A stretch of 64,000 nucleotides of DNA, taken from the NCBI RefSeq assembly GCF_000181795.1, contig NW_003526945.1, positions 3,336,305 to 3,400,304 on the forward strand. The letters run 5' to 3'. The notes below the pieces were generated by a model. The model did not search any database. It was not told the DNA's origin and saw only the letters and a list, made by a program, of their open reading frames with translations. Within the stretch, counting starts at the first letter, position 1. Each line of letters opens with the position of its first letter. The DNA is from Trichinella spiralis (lineage: Eukaryota). The translations under genes and the position numbers were made by a program. Below are positions 25,344 to 40,219 of the stretch, piece after piece.

Positions 25344-28300
25344 ATGGACAATCTAAGCACCGACAACGATCAAAGCAAAAAACAAAAAGGTACCCTACTA
25401 TTCCTCCTATTCCCCCCCTCCCTCTCTCCAATCCTCCAATTGCCTCTGATCAATTGAGCTTCAACTGTTATTGTTACAGTATACCGGAAATCGATGGAAA
25501 ATGTTTACGAAATTTTGATCAACTGCATGTCCTCAGATTGGATGTTTCTCGCCGTTCTTGGAATACTGATGGGAACTTTCAGCTTTGGCATCGACAACTG
25601 CGTTCGAAAACTACGAAGCTGTAAGCCCAACCGTCAACACCCGCATACGGTCAATTTGTAGCATACCTTGAAAATTTTTCAGTTCACTTTTTCTTGATCT
25701 ATCAGTCGGTCAAATGGGGAGTGGTTTTCCAATGGTGCACTTGGGTCGGCTTTGCGCTATTTTTGATCCTTTTCGCCGCCGGACTTTGTCACTACGTAGC
25801 ACCGGACGCAGCAGGTAGCTTTTGCTGTGCTGCACTCGGATATTTGTTCTAATTGCACTGCTGAAAATAATAATAATAATGATAAGATAAATTTTCATTT
25901 TCACAACAATGAACATTCATCATTGAATTCAGATGACAAATTCGAGCTTGAATTTTATTCAACACGTTACGTATGATATATTTATATTAGCATTTGTTTT
26001 TGAGCAAGTTTTATTGTGCAAATACAACTATTAATTCTTCAAATTATGTATTCATGTAAAGAAAACGACAAAAATTTCAGGTTCCGGAATCCCAGAAATG
26101 AAAACACTTCTCCGCGGAGTGGTTCTGAAAGAATATCTCACTTTTCGTACGTTCATTGTTAAAGTGATCGGATTAACCATGGCACTGAGTAGTAGCCTTC
26201 CTTTGGGAAAAGAAGTACGTTGAATTTTTTGTTGCATTTATTTGAAAATTTAAATTTTTTTTGAAACCATTTGCTTTTGTAATGTTTCGTGTAAAAAGAA
26301 ACATCCCATCGCTGAGAATATGATTAATTTACAAGATTTTATCAGTTAATTATGTACAGCACCTGCTTGTACAGCACTAATACGATACAGTTTTTGAGTG
26401 TGAATTGAAGAAATATTTAAATTTCATTTCAATTCCAAGTTCAAATTTGAAATTTCACACAAAATTATAATAAAAGTGAAAATGCGCAAGTAATTTTTCC
26501 ACTTGTTATTCAGGGACCGTTTGTTCATATTGCAAGTCATTTGGCAACATTATTGTCAAAGTGGACGATTTTTATGCCGCATGCACAAGAAGTTGAGCAA
26601 ATCAATCTTCTTGCACGATACACTTGGCATTGACAAATCTGACGAATTTTTTAGGACAGCTATTTGAATAAAGAAATACTAGCAGCAGCATGCGCCGTCG
26701 GAGTTGCAAGCACATACGGTGCTCCTGTAGGAGGTTCATTTGTTGTTCATTTGCATTTTCGCATTGCGTGACTGACCAACTTTCGTATATTAAAAATTAT
26801 ACCTTATCTAGGTGTCTTATTTAGCATAGAAGTGACGTCTGTGTTTTTTCCTTTGAGAAATTACTGGAGATGCTTTCTGGCAAGTCTTTGCAGCGCAATA
26901 GTGTTTCGGCTTTTGACCGTTGCCTTTGCCGAAGCAGGTAAGATATTCGTGCGCATTCGATCATGAATTGGATTTTATTCTTAAGCAACTGTCGAAGCAT
27001 TTTGCCCTACATCATTCCCCGCTGAATTTCCATTTGATATCCTTTATTTAATTCCGGTGTGTTTACTTGGGTAAAGGAAAAAAATATTGCTTTTTCTCAT
27101 CTGTTGAAAAATTATCAATTAATGATAATAATTTCTAGAGCAATGTGTGGCTTATTTGGCGCCGCATTCATCCACTTGTTCAAACTGTGGACTAAATTAA
27201 TAAAACAAACTAAATGGGTACTGAACATAACAAAAAGAAGGTATAAATTTTAAAATTAAAAATGCGCAAAAAATGTACCATAAAATGAATAATTTTATTG
27301 AAAAATTTGTTTTTAAAATTTCAGTTTAGTTCGGCTTAGTTTCATTCAGCCTATTTTTAAGCCCATTCATCTACCCCGCTCTGGTGGTTCTGTTCATAGC
27401 TACGCTGAATTGTCCAGCACTTTATGGAAAATATTTTGCAGGAGGAGTATAGTATTTATGATGCAGAGTTTATTTTAAGCTCACTTATTTATTTAGTTAA
27501 CTTCCAAAGAGTCTGTGGAGTACCTGTTTCAAAATTTTTCATGGACTAATGTGCCTAAAAATAGTACTATCAACGATAACATGAACAAATACTGGTCGTT
27601 GGAGAAAACCAATTTGTTTCTGCCATTAACACTGTTCACCATTAATATGGTATGCATTTGTGTATTAATTAAATTGACATCAAATTTCAATAAATTTCAG
27701 TTCTGGATGACAGCAATGTCGATTACAATGGCAGTTCCTTCCGGAACATTTATTCCCATATTTGTAACGGGTGACACACGCATTCATCTTACTCATTTGT
27801 AGTTTCTTCTGCTTCTTATATAAAAAAAATATGAAAAATTTAAATGTAAAATTAGTTTATAGCAATTACGGCAATTATTACAAACTAATGATGAATGAAA
27901 ATTTGAATAATTTTGAACAAAACCAATTTATGCTCATATTAACCAATAATAATGATAAGCTATTATCGCTTCAGGCGCAGGATTTGGCAGACTATTTGGT
28001 GAAATTATTCCTATGATGTTTCCAAATGGACTTCCAACAATTAATGACGTTCCAAATATAACACCCGGTGGTTACGCCGTTATTGGTATTCAACTGAATA
28101 TTATAGATTATTTACAATTCATTCGAATTTTTTTATCCACCATCCATTTTATTACAGGCGCAGCAGCTTTTTCTGGTTCAGTAACGCGGGCTATATCCAC
28201 TTCTGTGGTTGTCATTGAAATGACAGGCCAGACAACTTACTTCTTGCCTACTATTGTAAAATACAATATGCTACGTTGATTAATTGAATTTTTTTTATCA

Positions 28301-30087
28301 AATTCCTTCAGATAGCTGTTTTGGTATCAAACGCTGTGTGCAGTAGATTAGAAAACTCATTGTACGATACAATCATTTGTAATAAAAAACTTCCATATTT
28401 ACCACCAATTCCACCAACATCATCTGCGTATGTCAGCATGTGCATCGTCACACTGTTGCGACTTGTACTTTGTGCATTTCGTGTATTCTGTCTAGGGTTC
28501 ACATGGTTACAGCGAAAGATATCATGATTGACACTGTCCATTATTTGACTTTGAACACAACTCTTGGAGAAATGGTCTTCTTAATGCGAAAGTATCCAAA
28601 TTTAGACGTTTTTCCACTAGTTGACAGCAAAGGCAAGTTTACTAGAAAAAAAAAGAATTTTCGATATTTTATTCAATTGAAATACTGTAGAATCAATGAT
28701 TTTACTTGGCTGCATCCGGACAAGCGAGCTGGTAAAGCTGATATGGCCAAAGCAGTCGAATGTGGAATTGTTCGAAGAAAAGTATCATCATTCACGATCG
28801 ACAACAGACGATTCGAATTGCCTCAAAAGCAACAACAGCCTTTACAATAACAGTAGTTTGATAAAGAAAATTTTACTTCAGCAATCGGTGTGTGAACGCC
28901 CTGGTGAAGAAGCACTGGAATGGCTAAATGACAAGAATACCTTGCGAGATTCAAACGTGGAAGATTCTAGTCAGTTGGTCATCACTGAAGATTACTTTCA
29001 AGTCACTACTGTCAGTTATATTCTAGGCAAAAATATACAATCTGCTTTGAAAAGAAATCGAAATATGGTCTTGCTGCCACTTTTGAAACTTCATGAAGTA
29101 AGAAAAAGCTCATATAATTTCTTTTAGCAATGAACACAACGAATAACATACCGTTTTGTTGCAATTTTAACTAATCACTAATGCATTCGTGATGCAACGT
29201 ATCTCTTGAGTTAGACGTGATTGATTGATTTTGGTTGCTGATGCTTCTGATGACCGCCCGAAGGATCTCAATTGCTGCAGGGTTTTCCCGTTGTCTGGGC
29301 ACAAAAATATGCATAATTGATGCCGATCATCAAGTCAGCACACAACAAGATAAACTGTTCGTGACCACGTAATAAATTCCATTAGGTTGGGCCAGTTGAT
29401 TTCATAGCTAATTGGGCGAGCATTGGAAAAATGATTTTCTTTCCATTAATATTACTATTACTACTCAATAATTTCTTTATGTAATGTTCAAAGTTGGATC
29501 CCCTGAAAAATAATCAGTTGAGCTAAACTTACATGCTATGCTATTAGGGCAAATCAACTATGCTAACAGCACATCACCGGCCCAGATAACAAACTATCAT
29601 ACAAACAAAATAAGACGAAATTAAATATACTGAACGTGGAAATTTGCACATTTGAACGTGTTGAAATTAAGTTTTGAAAAAAATATTTTTTTAAGAGGCG
29701 ACACTCTCAAGAAGATACAAATACGGTAAGACAATCAATGCACATGTGTTAGCACCGATTGTGTAGAATGGATATTTCAGATTGAAAAATGGATATCTGG
29801 TCATTGGAATGACAAATTGAAGTATGACAATATCGAAATCGACCCAACCCCTGTTCAACTTCTGGAAAAAACCAGCCTGCACAAAATTCACACTCTCTTC
29901 TCTTTGCTCGGCCTGCACATTTTGTACGTGACCAAGCTTGGCAGACTTGTAGGTGTTGTCTCTTTGAAAGAGGTAAGAAGCACGTAGAATATTCATTGAA
30001 TTGAACTGAATCGAAGAATCTTGATAATAAAAATTGCATTTACAGCTGAGAGAAGCTCTGGAAAATGTTCCCACTTTTGTTCGTTGA
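25344..30087 (+). CDS. CLC-family chloride channel, ClC-1/2-like, canonical paralog B
   Basis: Spliced motifs [60 protein letters not shown] and [16 protein letters not shown]. The start codon is less certain. Confidence 0.92.
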
Positions 30088-30565
30088 ATTCAACTGTTCT
30101 TGGTGATTGTTGAATGAAAGACAATCAATTACTAGCACCTTTATTCATTGAAATTGTGCTAATTTCTTTTTCTTCTAAAATTAAAGTCCAATCAAATTAT
30201 ATTTATTTATATTTATAAACATTGAAATATCTATTTGTAGGCATTTGTTTCGAAAATATGCTTTTTTTGAATGTATAAGCAATAGTGACGCTTGAATTTC
30301 ACCGTCGATTGATTTTCAATGAGAACAAACACAAGCATGCACCGTTATTAAATTTACCTGAACTATGAACAAACAAAAATATCGCATATGAAATCAGTGA
30401 AATGAGAATAGCGATTGATAAATATGAATAAAATAAATTAATAAATGAAATTAATTTTTTACTTTTCAATCGACATTGAGATCAACGGAGGGAAAAAAAA
30501 AGAAAAAGAGAGGGGGACAGAAAATGCCATTAATAATAATTTCAATAATTACACAGTGGACAATT

Positions 30566-33429
30566 TCAACTACTGCGAGGTATACACTTGTTGGATAATG
30601 ATTTATTGGGATCGTTGATGAAATTGTTCGACGAGTGTTGATCGCTGCTACTGCGCTTTTGACAAGAGCAGAATTTAACAATAGAACAACGACGAACATC
30701 ACTCATCACTCGACGCAGTTCAGCTTTCAGACCAGGGTGAACTACAATAAGCATGGAGGCGTTCAGGGACAAATTGAAGCCCTTGGTACCCCAGCAGACT
30801 TTGTCAAATTTCAGCCAATTGGCAGAGTTCATGAAGGCTAAGGAAAGTGTCTGCGGGAAAATGTGGAAAAAAATGGTCATCACGATGAGCAAAAATATTC
30901 GTTTGGTAATTTTCGTTTCTCGACGCAGTTGAATAGCCCGAATTGTGGAACTCTGCGTCTTGTGGATCCGGAGCCACAGAAAGATGATCGCATAAATGAT
31001 AACAACCGAATAGCCCAGCACAATTGACATACTGTTGTGAATAATGTAAAATGTTCTGGTGAAGCATTCGACGACAAAACAGTGAGGATTGACCGCAACA
31101 CCGTGCAGTTGAATGGAAATTAGGAGAAAAATGAGCACGTCAGAAAAGCCCCAGACAAAAGGCACGAGCAGGATGCAGTTCATCACGCGCACGCTTAATC
31201 GTTGATAAAGCTTCGTCCATTTCACTGCCAACAATCGCTCCAGCGATATCAGCAACAGTGAACTTGTAGAAATTGTATCTCCGGCCAGGAACATTAGCAT
31301 ATGAATGCCACTGGCCAAACATTTGGACAAATCGACCAGATGTCCGTCGAAAAAAGCGTCAAAGTAGAATCGACGCACAGCAGCGGTAAAGTAGCCGAAA
31401 CCTTCGATCAAAGCACCAACTGCAAAGCCTAAAGCAAATGCTAATTTGCAAGAACAAAACAAGAACGACCTGAATTCAAATTAATAATTTCCAATTCATT
31501 GTTATTTATTTCTCTTTTATATTTTAATTACTCTTCTTAATTGACATTCATTAATGCATAATTTGATAATATTTCAGATTAAATTAGTCGCATTTTATAG
31601 ATGCTATAAAAAGAAGTCATTATATTCATGCTTGTTTCATTTTCGTTTCAATGCACGTACATTTCATTGAAAATTTATTTAAAAGTTCGCTGAGAATTAT
31701 TAGTATGAAAAATTAATTTAAAATGCAACGAATAAGATTGTATTAATAATTATGAATTTAGCATAACTTACGTAGCATAGTAGCAATATACTTCGAATCT
31801 TCACATAATCAATGTTTCAATTAAATGTCGGTATGTGAATTTGAATTTGAAAAACACAAATGCCATGTTTCAAAGTAATTCTTTTTTATTGTTGAAAAAA
31901 TTTGATAATCACATAATGAAGAAAAAGGTTTAAAGTAAAAAAAATTACAAAAAATCGAACCAACCTGAATAATAGTCGTTTTTGCATTATTATTCTAACC
32001 ATTTCCTTGATTATATACTTTTTGAAAAAAAAGAGAAGAAAAGATTTTGAAGTTTAATTTTAAAATGTGTGCAGAAAGTTTAATTGAAAAACTTCAAACT
32101 GAAATGAGAATTTGACAGTGACTGTTTCAGTGAGATGAATTTCAATCCTCTTGTGTATCACTTGGAGGTAGATCTCAGTTGATGTGATGTCAATTAAAAA
32201 TAGTTACCAACAGTCAAATGTACAAAGAAATAGATGAGATTATGCAACGAATTCCCATTTGCAAATGATCACTTTCCGCCAACTCTGCTCATTTACTGGT
32301 ACATGTTGCAAAATATCACTTTAACATTAAAAACACATATATCCACCATAGTATACAGATCATGAAACTGTAAAAATGTGAACAAATTTTAGTGCAACTC
32401 CTGTATTTTCACTTTCCAAGTGTATTTTCTGTTCCGTTTTTTTTAATTTAAATGAAAAAATATTAACATAACTTCATATATGATTATTTATTAGTGGAAA
32501 TTTGTGGAAAAAAAATATCCTCTCACCTCCCTTTTGAATAAGAAGGAAAAATAATTCGACATTTTGTTGGTAAAAGAAATAATATAATAAAAATTAAAAA
32601 GAGAATATTGCAAAATTACAATATTGCACTGTTCAACTTGAGAAGCTGAGAATAACAACTTCCACACTTGATTATTGTCACTTTCTTGACGATGATGATT
32701 CCCCGCAGAATTAATTAGCACCCAAGAATAGTAGAATTCTAAAATTGTACCACTGCCGGCCGGCCGTGTGCATCAAATAGGCAAATATATTCTTCGGGTG
32801 CTTAAAATATCTCAGGTAATTCAAGTAGCGCGCAATTAGCAGTCGGAAGGTGTAGTGAAGAAACTTTTTTTTCAAAAAGTATCCTTTTTCAGAACTAAGA
32901 AAACCAAATTAGAGTGGCTGTTGAAACAAAGCAAATAACCTGGACATGCAATGGATGATGGAACTGCTTGCACAAATTTCCTCACACGCTTTCCGCTTGT
33001 CAATCTCCAATATGCACTTCGGTGTTGGATAATATGCAAAACAAGTCGATTAATCAATTCTCCCCAAATTTCAAATGCAGAACAATTAATGAAAAATCCA
33101 TCAACCCACGTTCGGCCAAATGATCATCAAAATTTACTCATTTACCACTGAGACACTATACACATTGATATCAATATGTTTACATATTTTGCATAATATA
33201 CAAAGCTGATACTGGAGAAGCAACAGTTAGCTCCCTGCATACGATGTGGACACTGTTGTTGTGACAAAAAAGAACAACAAAAATCAAAATTACCCGTGAG
33301 AAAGATGTACTTTTTCTTGACCCTGTGTTTGCGCAAGACGAGAAGAAGTAAAAGCCCATTGGCAAGAGTTGACGCCAAGCCGATAATCAAATACAATGAA
33401 TTCATCAATGTATCCCTTTCGCCATTCAT
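30566..33429 (-). CDS. Seven-transmembrane GPCR, rhodopsin-like / nematode Srsx-like (exons 33429-33294 and 31440-30566)
   Basis: TM1 LYLIIGLASTLANGLLLLLVL joins in phase 1 to a long exon with further TM helices, the DRY-like ISLERLLAV and RRETKITK in the third intracellular loop. Confidence 0.8.
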
Positions 33430-35023
33430 GGTGAACAAAAAAATTGCTTCAACTGTTCACTTCACAGGTGAATTCTAAAACTTGCACATGCGTCATATAA
33501 AAACAAGCTAAACATTAAAATCGACAATTTACAAAAATTAAAAAACACTTATAAATTAATAAACAAAACAAAAAAGAAACTTAACATTTGATTTTCATAA
33601 AAATTCAACTTTGAAATGCATTTCTCGTATATGATTTAAAAAAATCATTTTAATCACATTAAACACTGGATATTACATCAGTCACTGGAAGAAGCTTACT
33701 TCATTGAAAGTTGTTCACATTTTGATCCATGATTATAAGGAATAACGCGTCGCATCTGCTGCTAAAATTGTGAAACTCCTCAAATGAACTAGTCGGCAGT
33801 GGTCACCAGATGTCGCTTGCTTGCTTGATTGTTAAAATGAATGGGCTTTATCCATGATTAGATATTTTCATTTGTTTCTTGCTTTATCATTTTTCAAATC
33901 TATAAATTCTCACATGTCTAAAAATATTTATTACTTTATTACTTTTTTCGCGAATAAAGTACAATTACATACATCATTTGCACTAATAATAATGTACCTT
34001 TTTATTACACTGCATTTCCACTCGTATTCATTCATAAAATGAAGCTCTGCGCCCCACAGAACAACATGTAATCTCAAGTTCATTTCATTAAATCGAAATT
34101 CAATCAACTTATTTCACGGAAATATCAAAGAAAAACTTTTCTCATCTTCATAATCAACTGCACTTAATAAAACTTGCATATAAGCAAATCAAAAGAAAAA
34201 AACAAACTAATCACCGAAAATAAACAACGCTCTTCAATTTAATGAAACATCATTAATACTTAATAAATTACAACCAGAGTAACATGTCAACAGATGAATT
34301 GGATTTCAAAAAATTTCAATATACCCTTCAATCAAAATTTTCCTATTATCTCTGCGTGATGTTTGTTCGGTCGTTTCGCTCTCGCTCTTTTGTAACGCAT
34401 GAAAAAAATCACTGCAATTATTAAGCAGTTCTGGAGCAGAAAAAATACCCCATTGAACAGTCCATTTTCACCGTAATGCTTAATTAGCCGTGTTCAAATG
34501 TGGCTATAGTTGTACGGCAAATTTGCATTTTATCTCTTCGCTGTCGACTGCACCGGCAAGTGCAATATTGCCAGTACTGATGTGTATACTGATTACGGCT
34601 TTTTGTAATTATCATTCACCCATTATTCAAAAGATGCAAACAATTCTAAAATATCGACAACTTAGAAAAACTGCAAAAGCATAAAACAATTTTGCTCAAC
34701 ATCACTGACAACTATCGAAGCAATATTTACATTTTCAACAAAAAATTTATGTTCAACAAAAAAATACACAACAGCAATTCTGCTTCTAAAAAAGAAAAAA
34801 ATATATATATAATAATCTTGACCTTCAAGTATATTATTTTATTAAGCTGTGGATTAATTTCACAAACAGACAATTGTGGAAAGGAAAAAAATGTACCGCT
34901 GCAATTTTTTGTCTTGTCATTTAAAAATAGTGTACATTCAATAACTTTCCTCTTCTTGAAAATCAATACAACAAAAGGATGATATAAGAGCCCCAGTTCA
35001 TTTATTTGAATTCTCCTTATAAA

Positions 35024-35387
35024 TCATGAAGAGTGCAAAAATTTGTTGAATGCATTGTAAGCATATTCGATGTCAAATACCATTTGTCGTGCCTGTTCAT
35101 CATCTAATTCCTCAGTAGCGCGCATTGAATCCAACAATTCAAACCTAATAAGATAAAAAAAATACTGATTTAATTAAATATCAAACTGTAAACTTATTCA
35201 CAACTGTTAACATATAATACAATTTACCAAGGTTTCACTTTTGCTTTTCCTTCGAAATCTGTCGGCAACGAAGTCATACGATTCATCGTGTCCACTAGAT
35301 CTCTCAAATCTGGATGCAGTTCATCCACTGCTTTGATTTCCAATTTCAATTTATCCATAATTGTTATAAACAGCTATAATAATAATA

Positions 35388-35418
<31 letters not shown>

Positions 35419-36330
35419 ATTACTCTGAAATACAATTAAAAATAAAAAACAAATAATGAAAAGCTGCTCACTGAAACAATGTCTGCTATGCATTTGCTAG
35501 TGTTGCCTTTATCATCTTTTATAGTTATTGGCTTACCATCTTTAATTCGCTCCAATGCCGAAGGACAATTCATCTGAATGTTGAAAATTAATTCAAGTTG
35601 AAAAAGAATCCTCCAACGCTCACTTCGAATGCTTTCATAAAATATTCTATTTCAGAAAATTCTGGCTGCACAACCACAAAGTTAGCTTTCACTTGAACAA
35701 GCAATTTCGAGCATTGTGCTGTATACCTTAAAAAGTTAATTGTATCATACAACAATTTCCTATTATCAGCTAAAAAAATTAATATAAAAATAAAATACAA
35801 ACATTAAAAAGCGTAATATAATTCATAAAGTTGCAAAAATTAGTCAGCACATTCGTTGAAATAAATCCTGAAAATCAGTTAGTTACTATATAATGCTAAA
35901 TATTATGTCAAAGCTTTCAAACAAATAAAAAACACTTAAAACGGAATTTTATTGCATAAATATTTAATAAACACAGGAAAAATTGTCTATAAAGCATAAT
36001 AATAATAATTTTGTTGTTTAACACAGTAACACAAAAAAACTTACTCTTTGGGAGAGACAATGTCTCTAATATATGCCTTTTCAAGACATTCCAGTGTATT
36101 TATTGTCGCGTATAATTCTGCAAGGTTATCAAAACGTTCTCGTTCAGCAGCATTTCTCCGCAATTTCACTTCCTAAAATAAATTCATACAATACAAAACA
36201 AACATTCATTCCTATTACTGACATTTCACATTCATGAATACAAACTGTATGAAAATTTTAACAAACGCAGAAAAATGAAGTCCGAATAAAATAAAAACTA
36301 TACTTTGATTACCGTATAAAGATTAGCCAT
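35024..36330 (-). CDS. vps-28: ESCRT-I subunit VPS28, 6 exons
   Basis: [59 protein letters not shown] and [20 protein letters not shown]. Confidence 0.95.
35376..35418. repeat. (AAT)n microsatellite in a vps-28 intron
   Basis: Tandem AAT units visible. Confidence 0.9.
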
Positions 36331-37944
36331 GCTTCATGAACATGCCAAAATTGTTTCTTTCTGTGCGTGATGGACAAAATGCAAGCTGACTGAAACTAAA
36401 AAAAATTATAAATTATAAAATGTTTAAAGTACTGACGCAATACGCAACTGCCAAAACAATAAATATAAACAATGTGTTTAGCATCAAATTGCGCACATGC
36501 TAAACTAACTTTTAATCAAACATATTATGAATTGTATACAATATTTCAAAAAATTAACAATTAATAAATATAAAGTGTGAAAATCCTTCCAGCTACTCAA
36601 CAAAAGTTCTTATTCAAAACCATACTAGCAGTTGACTAATATGACAAATCACAGTATAACTTAATGCAAGTTCATTTTTACAGTCTAAGTTCATGCATCA
36701 GTGCCAAGTAAACAATCGTCACTTAACACTTAAACGGTAAATCGTAAATCAACTCATACAGATGACTGCAATTCGTACACAAGTTCACTTTTTAAATAAA
36801 TATTCATGCTTTTTTAATATGCAAATTTACTGCTTAGTAAATGGACGATAATAATCCACGTAAAGGAAAATAAATCGGAATGGAAACCTCAATGAAAATG
36901 TTTTCAGAATATCAGTTTAAAACTAAAATAGATTAAAAGGCAAGAAAAAGAAATGGTTGCGCAAACACGGATATACACTCTGTATGCCAAAATTACTGCC
37001 CACTCGTTCCGGACGTTAACACTAACGCATTCCACTTCTTCCCACTTTCACTCTTTGGCGTTAAAAAAGATTTCATCGAGGTTGAATTTATATCAGTTTT
37101 CCCGTTTGATTGTTTGCCATATACTCATTCTTATGCTCTTCATCACGCTTAACATTGTTATGTTAAAACTCTATAAAAAATAAAAATTTTATTTTCAAAA
37201 ATTCATATAATGATTAATTTTTGCTGATGCATTAGTAAAATATTTATTATTGCAAGTGGCGTTTCATTTGTTCAAATTTATATTTACCGTCAACCAACTA
37301 AAATTGTACTTGCATTTCCATATCATATAATGTCATGCTGTAATAATCGATCAAAACCAGTTGCTTATAATTTTCAATATGTGATGATAATGGATTAACT
37401 GAAATTGTAATAAGCTTTCAGAAAAGTTTGTTTGTTCACATAACCCGGTAACACAAGCAAAACGAGAAAAAACAAAATTAAACCAAAATCATTATAAGTT
37501 ACAAAACAATGCGTGGTTGTTGAATCTTAAAATTTATAAAAAAAATCTGAATTCTCACATTTTGCTCAATTAACTTACCAATCATTTTATAATACGCTCA
37601 ACAGAAGCCAACATTTTTTCAAAAGCTTCTTTATACGCTTTTCAATTTGGCAACAGTATTTCCGCGAAAATTGAAAAAAATTGACAGTTCTCCTTTATTA
37701 AATAATTTGAGTTCCCAAAAAACAATTACAGTATGATGTGAACCATGTAACAGATATTTGACTACGTTCTTTTCATGTTTTCTTCTTCAACTCTGCCGTA
37801 GGCACCAGTACAGTCGCTATGGAGTAAAATCGTACAGTTCACTTTCAAAATGAAATACTAACATATGAAATCCAATTTAAAATATCAATACTGAATACAT
37901 TTTCCAGTCTTTATGAAATTAAAAAAAAGTTATAATCGTGGTCA

Positions 37945-38838
37945 TCATGTGGAGGTGTCAGTAATTTTTGTTCCTCTAAGAAGCTTTTGAATTGGTCGTA
38001 TAAGTGAGTTTTTCATAGAATCACTGGAATTAATGCTTTTTTCGTAAAGCCGCAAAAGATGCGTTGATGCCCATCGAAGACAGCTGTTGTGCTCTTTCTT
38101 CTTCTGGCCACTGGATTTTAAGATCAACTGAAGACTAGTAATGTAAAGACCCCAACAAGCTCTAGGACAATCCTGTTTCAGCTTCAATGCGTGACAGTAA
38201 TACACTTTAGCTAATTCCAAATTTTCCACGCCACCAATTGTAAATTTGATTTCAGCTAGAAATAAGTGATATGCGTAACATTCTGGTTGAGACAAAATCA
38301 TCTCTTCCACGCAAAATACAGCTTTTGGAAATTCAAATTCTTTTATATATAAATGACACAATTCCATCCATGATTCCGTATCATTCATAAAATTTTGTAG
38401 GTGAGAACAAAGCTCTCGAATAGCTTCATTAGTGCGACCCAACGAAATCAGGCAGGCAATTCTCCGTTTTGCGTTGGACAAATTGGTTGGATTGGCTTCC
38501 ATCAACATGGAGTACAATTCCATTGCTTCCTCATATTGTCCATCCGCTTCCAGACACAGACCTTGCAAACGTACAAGACGCTCACTTTTTTGAAATTTTT
38601 TATGCATTGCTGTCAATGTGCTGGATGCAATTTCTACGTCTGCACAATCGATAGCTGCAATGTAAACTTGTTCATAAACTGCCCAACGTTCATCGTCCAA
38701 GTTACGCGCTGCTGGTTCAATAACATTTTCCCAAATTTCCAACAATCGTTCGTGTTGTCTGACATTGTCTTCTCGCCATTTATGCAACAACATCAAGCCT
38801 TCTTCAAAAGTGACGGGCTTTTTATTTCGCTTATCCAT
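37945..38838 (-). CDS. emc-2: ER membrane protein complex subunit 2 (TTC35), intronless CDS
   Basis: WREDNVRQ, WAVYEQVYIAAID, TPR repeats, FMNDTESWMEL and AVFCVEEMIL. First ATG in frame is at 38838. Confidence 0.92.
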   Translation of the reverse strand: MDKRNKKPVTFEEGLMLLHKWREDNVRQHERLLEIWENVIEPAARNLDDERWAVYEQVYIAAIDCADVEIASSTLTAMHKKFQKSERLVRLQGLCLEADGQYEEAMELYSMLMEANPTNLSNAKRRIACLISLGRTNEAIRELCSHLQNFMNDTESWMELCHLYIKEFEFPKAVFCVEEMILSQPECYAYHLFLAEIKFTIGGVENLELAKVYYCHALKLKQDCPRACWGLYITSLQLILKSSGQKKKEHNSCLRWASTHLLRLYEKSINSSDSMKNSLIRPIQKLLRGTKITDTST

Positions 38839-40219
38839 TTCTATAAACGAAACACATCGCAGTAATTTGCTTGCTGAATGCACTTTTTGAAAAATTAACT
38901 CAACAGTTTCGTATTTACAAACACTGTGAATACTATATACAATTAATTTACAATATCTAATAACATAAAAAAGTGAACAATTAATTCATGCAAAAAATCT
39001 CATCGTTTACGTAAATTTTAATAAATTCTCCAAAAAATTATTCATTATATAAACGAGAAGTTTAAAACAAATAAAAATAATCAAAGACAAAAAAATATAC
39101 ACTAATCAAAAAAACATAAATATATAGTAGTAACAAAATAATAACAACAATATAACACCAGGCATTTCGCTGTCCATTATAGCTGAAGTTCAGTAAATTC
39201 GACTATATACTTGCTCATACATACGCAGAGTGCCTGAGATTCTTTTTCGAAATGTGAAATCACTGTCGCCAAAACGAAACAAGTATACTTTATGATTTAT
39301 CAACCTCATTAACAAAAGCTCATCACAAAGTTAAGCTGCACAAGAAATTACAGTATCATCATCTATATTCATGCAACTCCCATGTAGGAGGAGAGTAATT
39401 AAACGGTTAGATTTCCAGTTACTGTCGAAAAGTCAGGTTTACTTAATGAATTATTTTATCATTTAATAAATAGTATGTAATAAAATAGTAAATAAACATT
39501 TCTTTTTTTTCCAAATAAAAAAATTCTCTTAAATGTAATTTTCTTTGCCACGTTGTTTACATTGTTGACCTGATAACCAATAAGCTGTTCTTGGTTATGA
39601 GAAATTGAATTGCTGTTCATTGTTCAGTTTGTATTTCAAAAATGTAATTAAATTTAAATAAAACTTTTAATTAATAATTTTTCATCTATTTATTAAATTG
39701 AAAACAGCATTTGAAAAATTGGAATTTGTAATTTAAACTTCGACAAAGTGACATATTTCAAGTTTATGTTAAGGCTTTGAATACAATTTTATTTTATACT
39801 TACCGAAAATATTTTCAGCCGTTTTTCATACAACAACAACACATTACTGATATTTACAATATGCTACAGTATGTTTCAAATTACTGTAATGTTGTATGTA
39901 AAACAATTTCAATCTTCAACTAATTTACTGTAACTCTATATGCTGTTTTAAGTGTCGTTTACTTTTCATTTATTATATAATATTAATTTTAAATAATTTA
40001 AATATTATGGTTTCAGTTTTACTTTACAGTTTTTTCTTGATTACAAAATATATTTTTCCGTTAACGTTTTCAATATTTTTGTTGAAATAATCTCATTGAT
40101 CTCAAAAAATTCAAGAATATTTATTTATATGTGAAAATTGAAAACCCGACCAAAATTTACTTGACACTTTGGCTCTTGATGCATAATTGAACTTGATTAC
40201 AGTGTGCTGTTTAACAATA

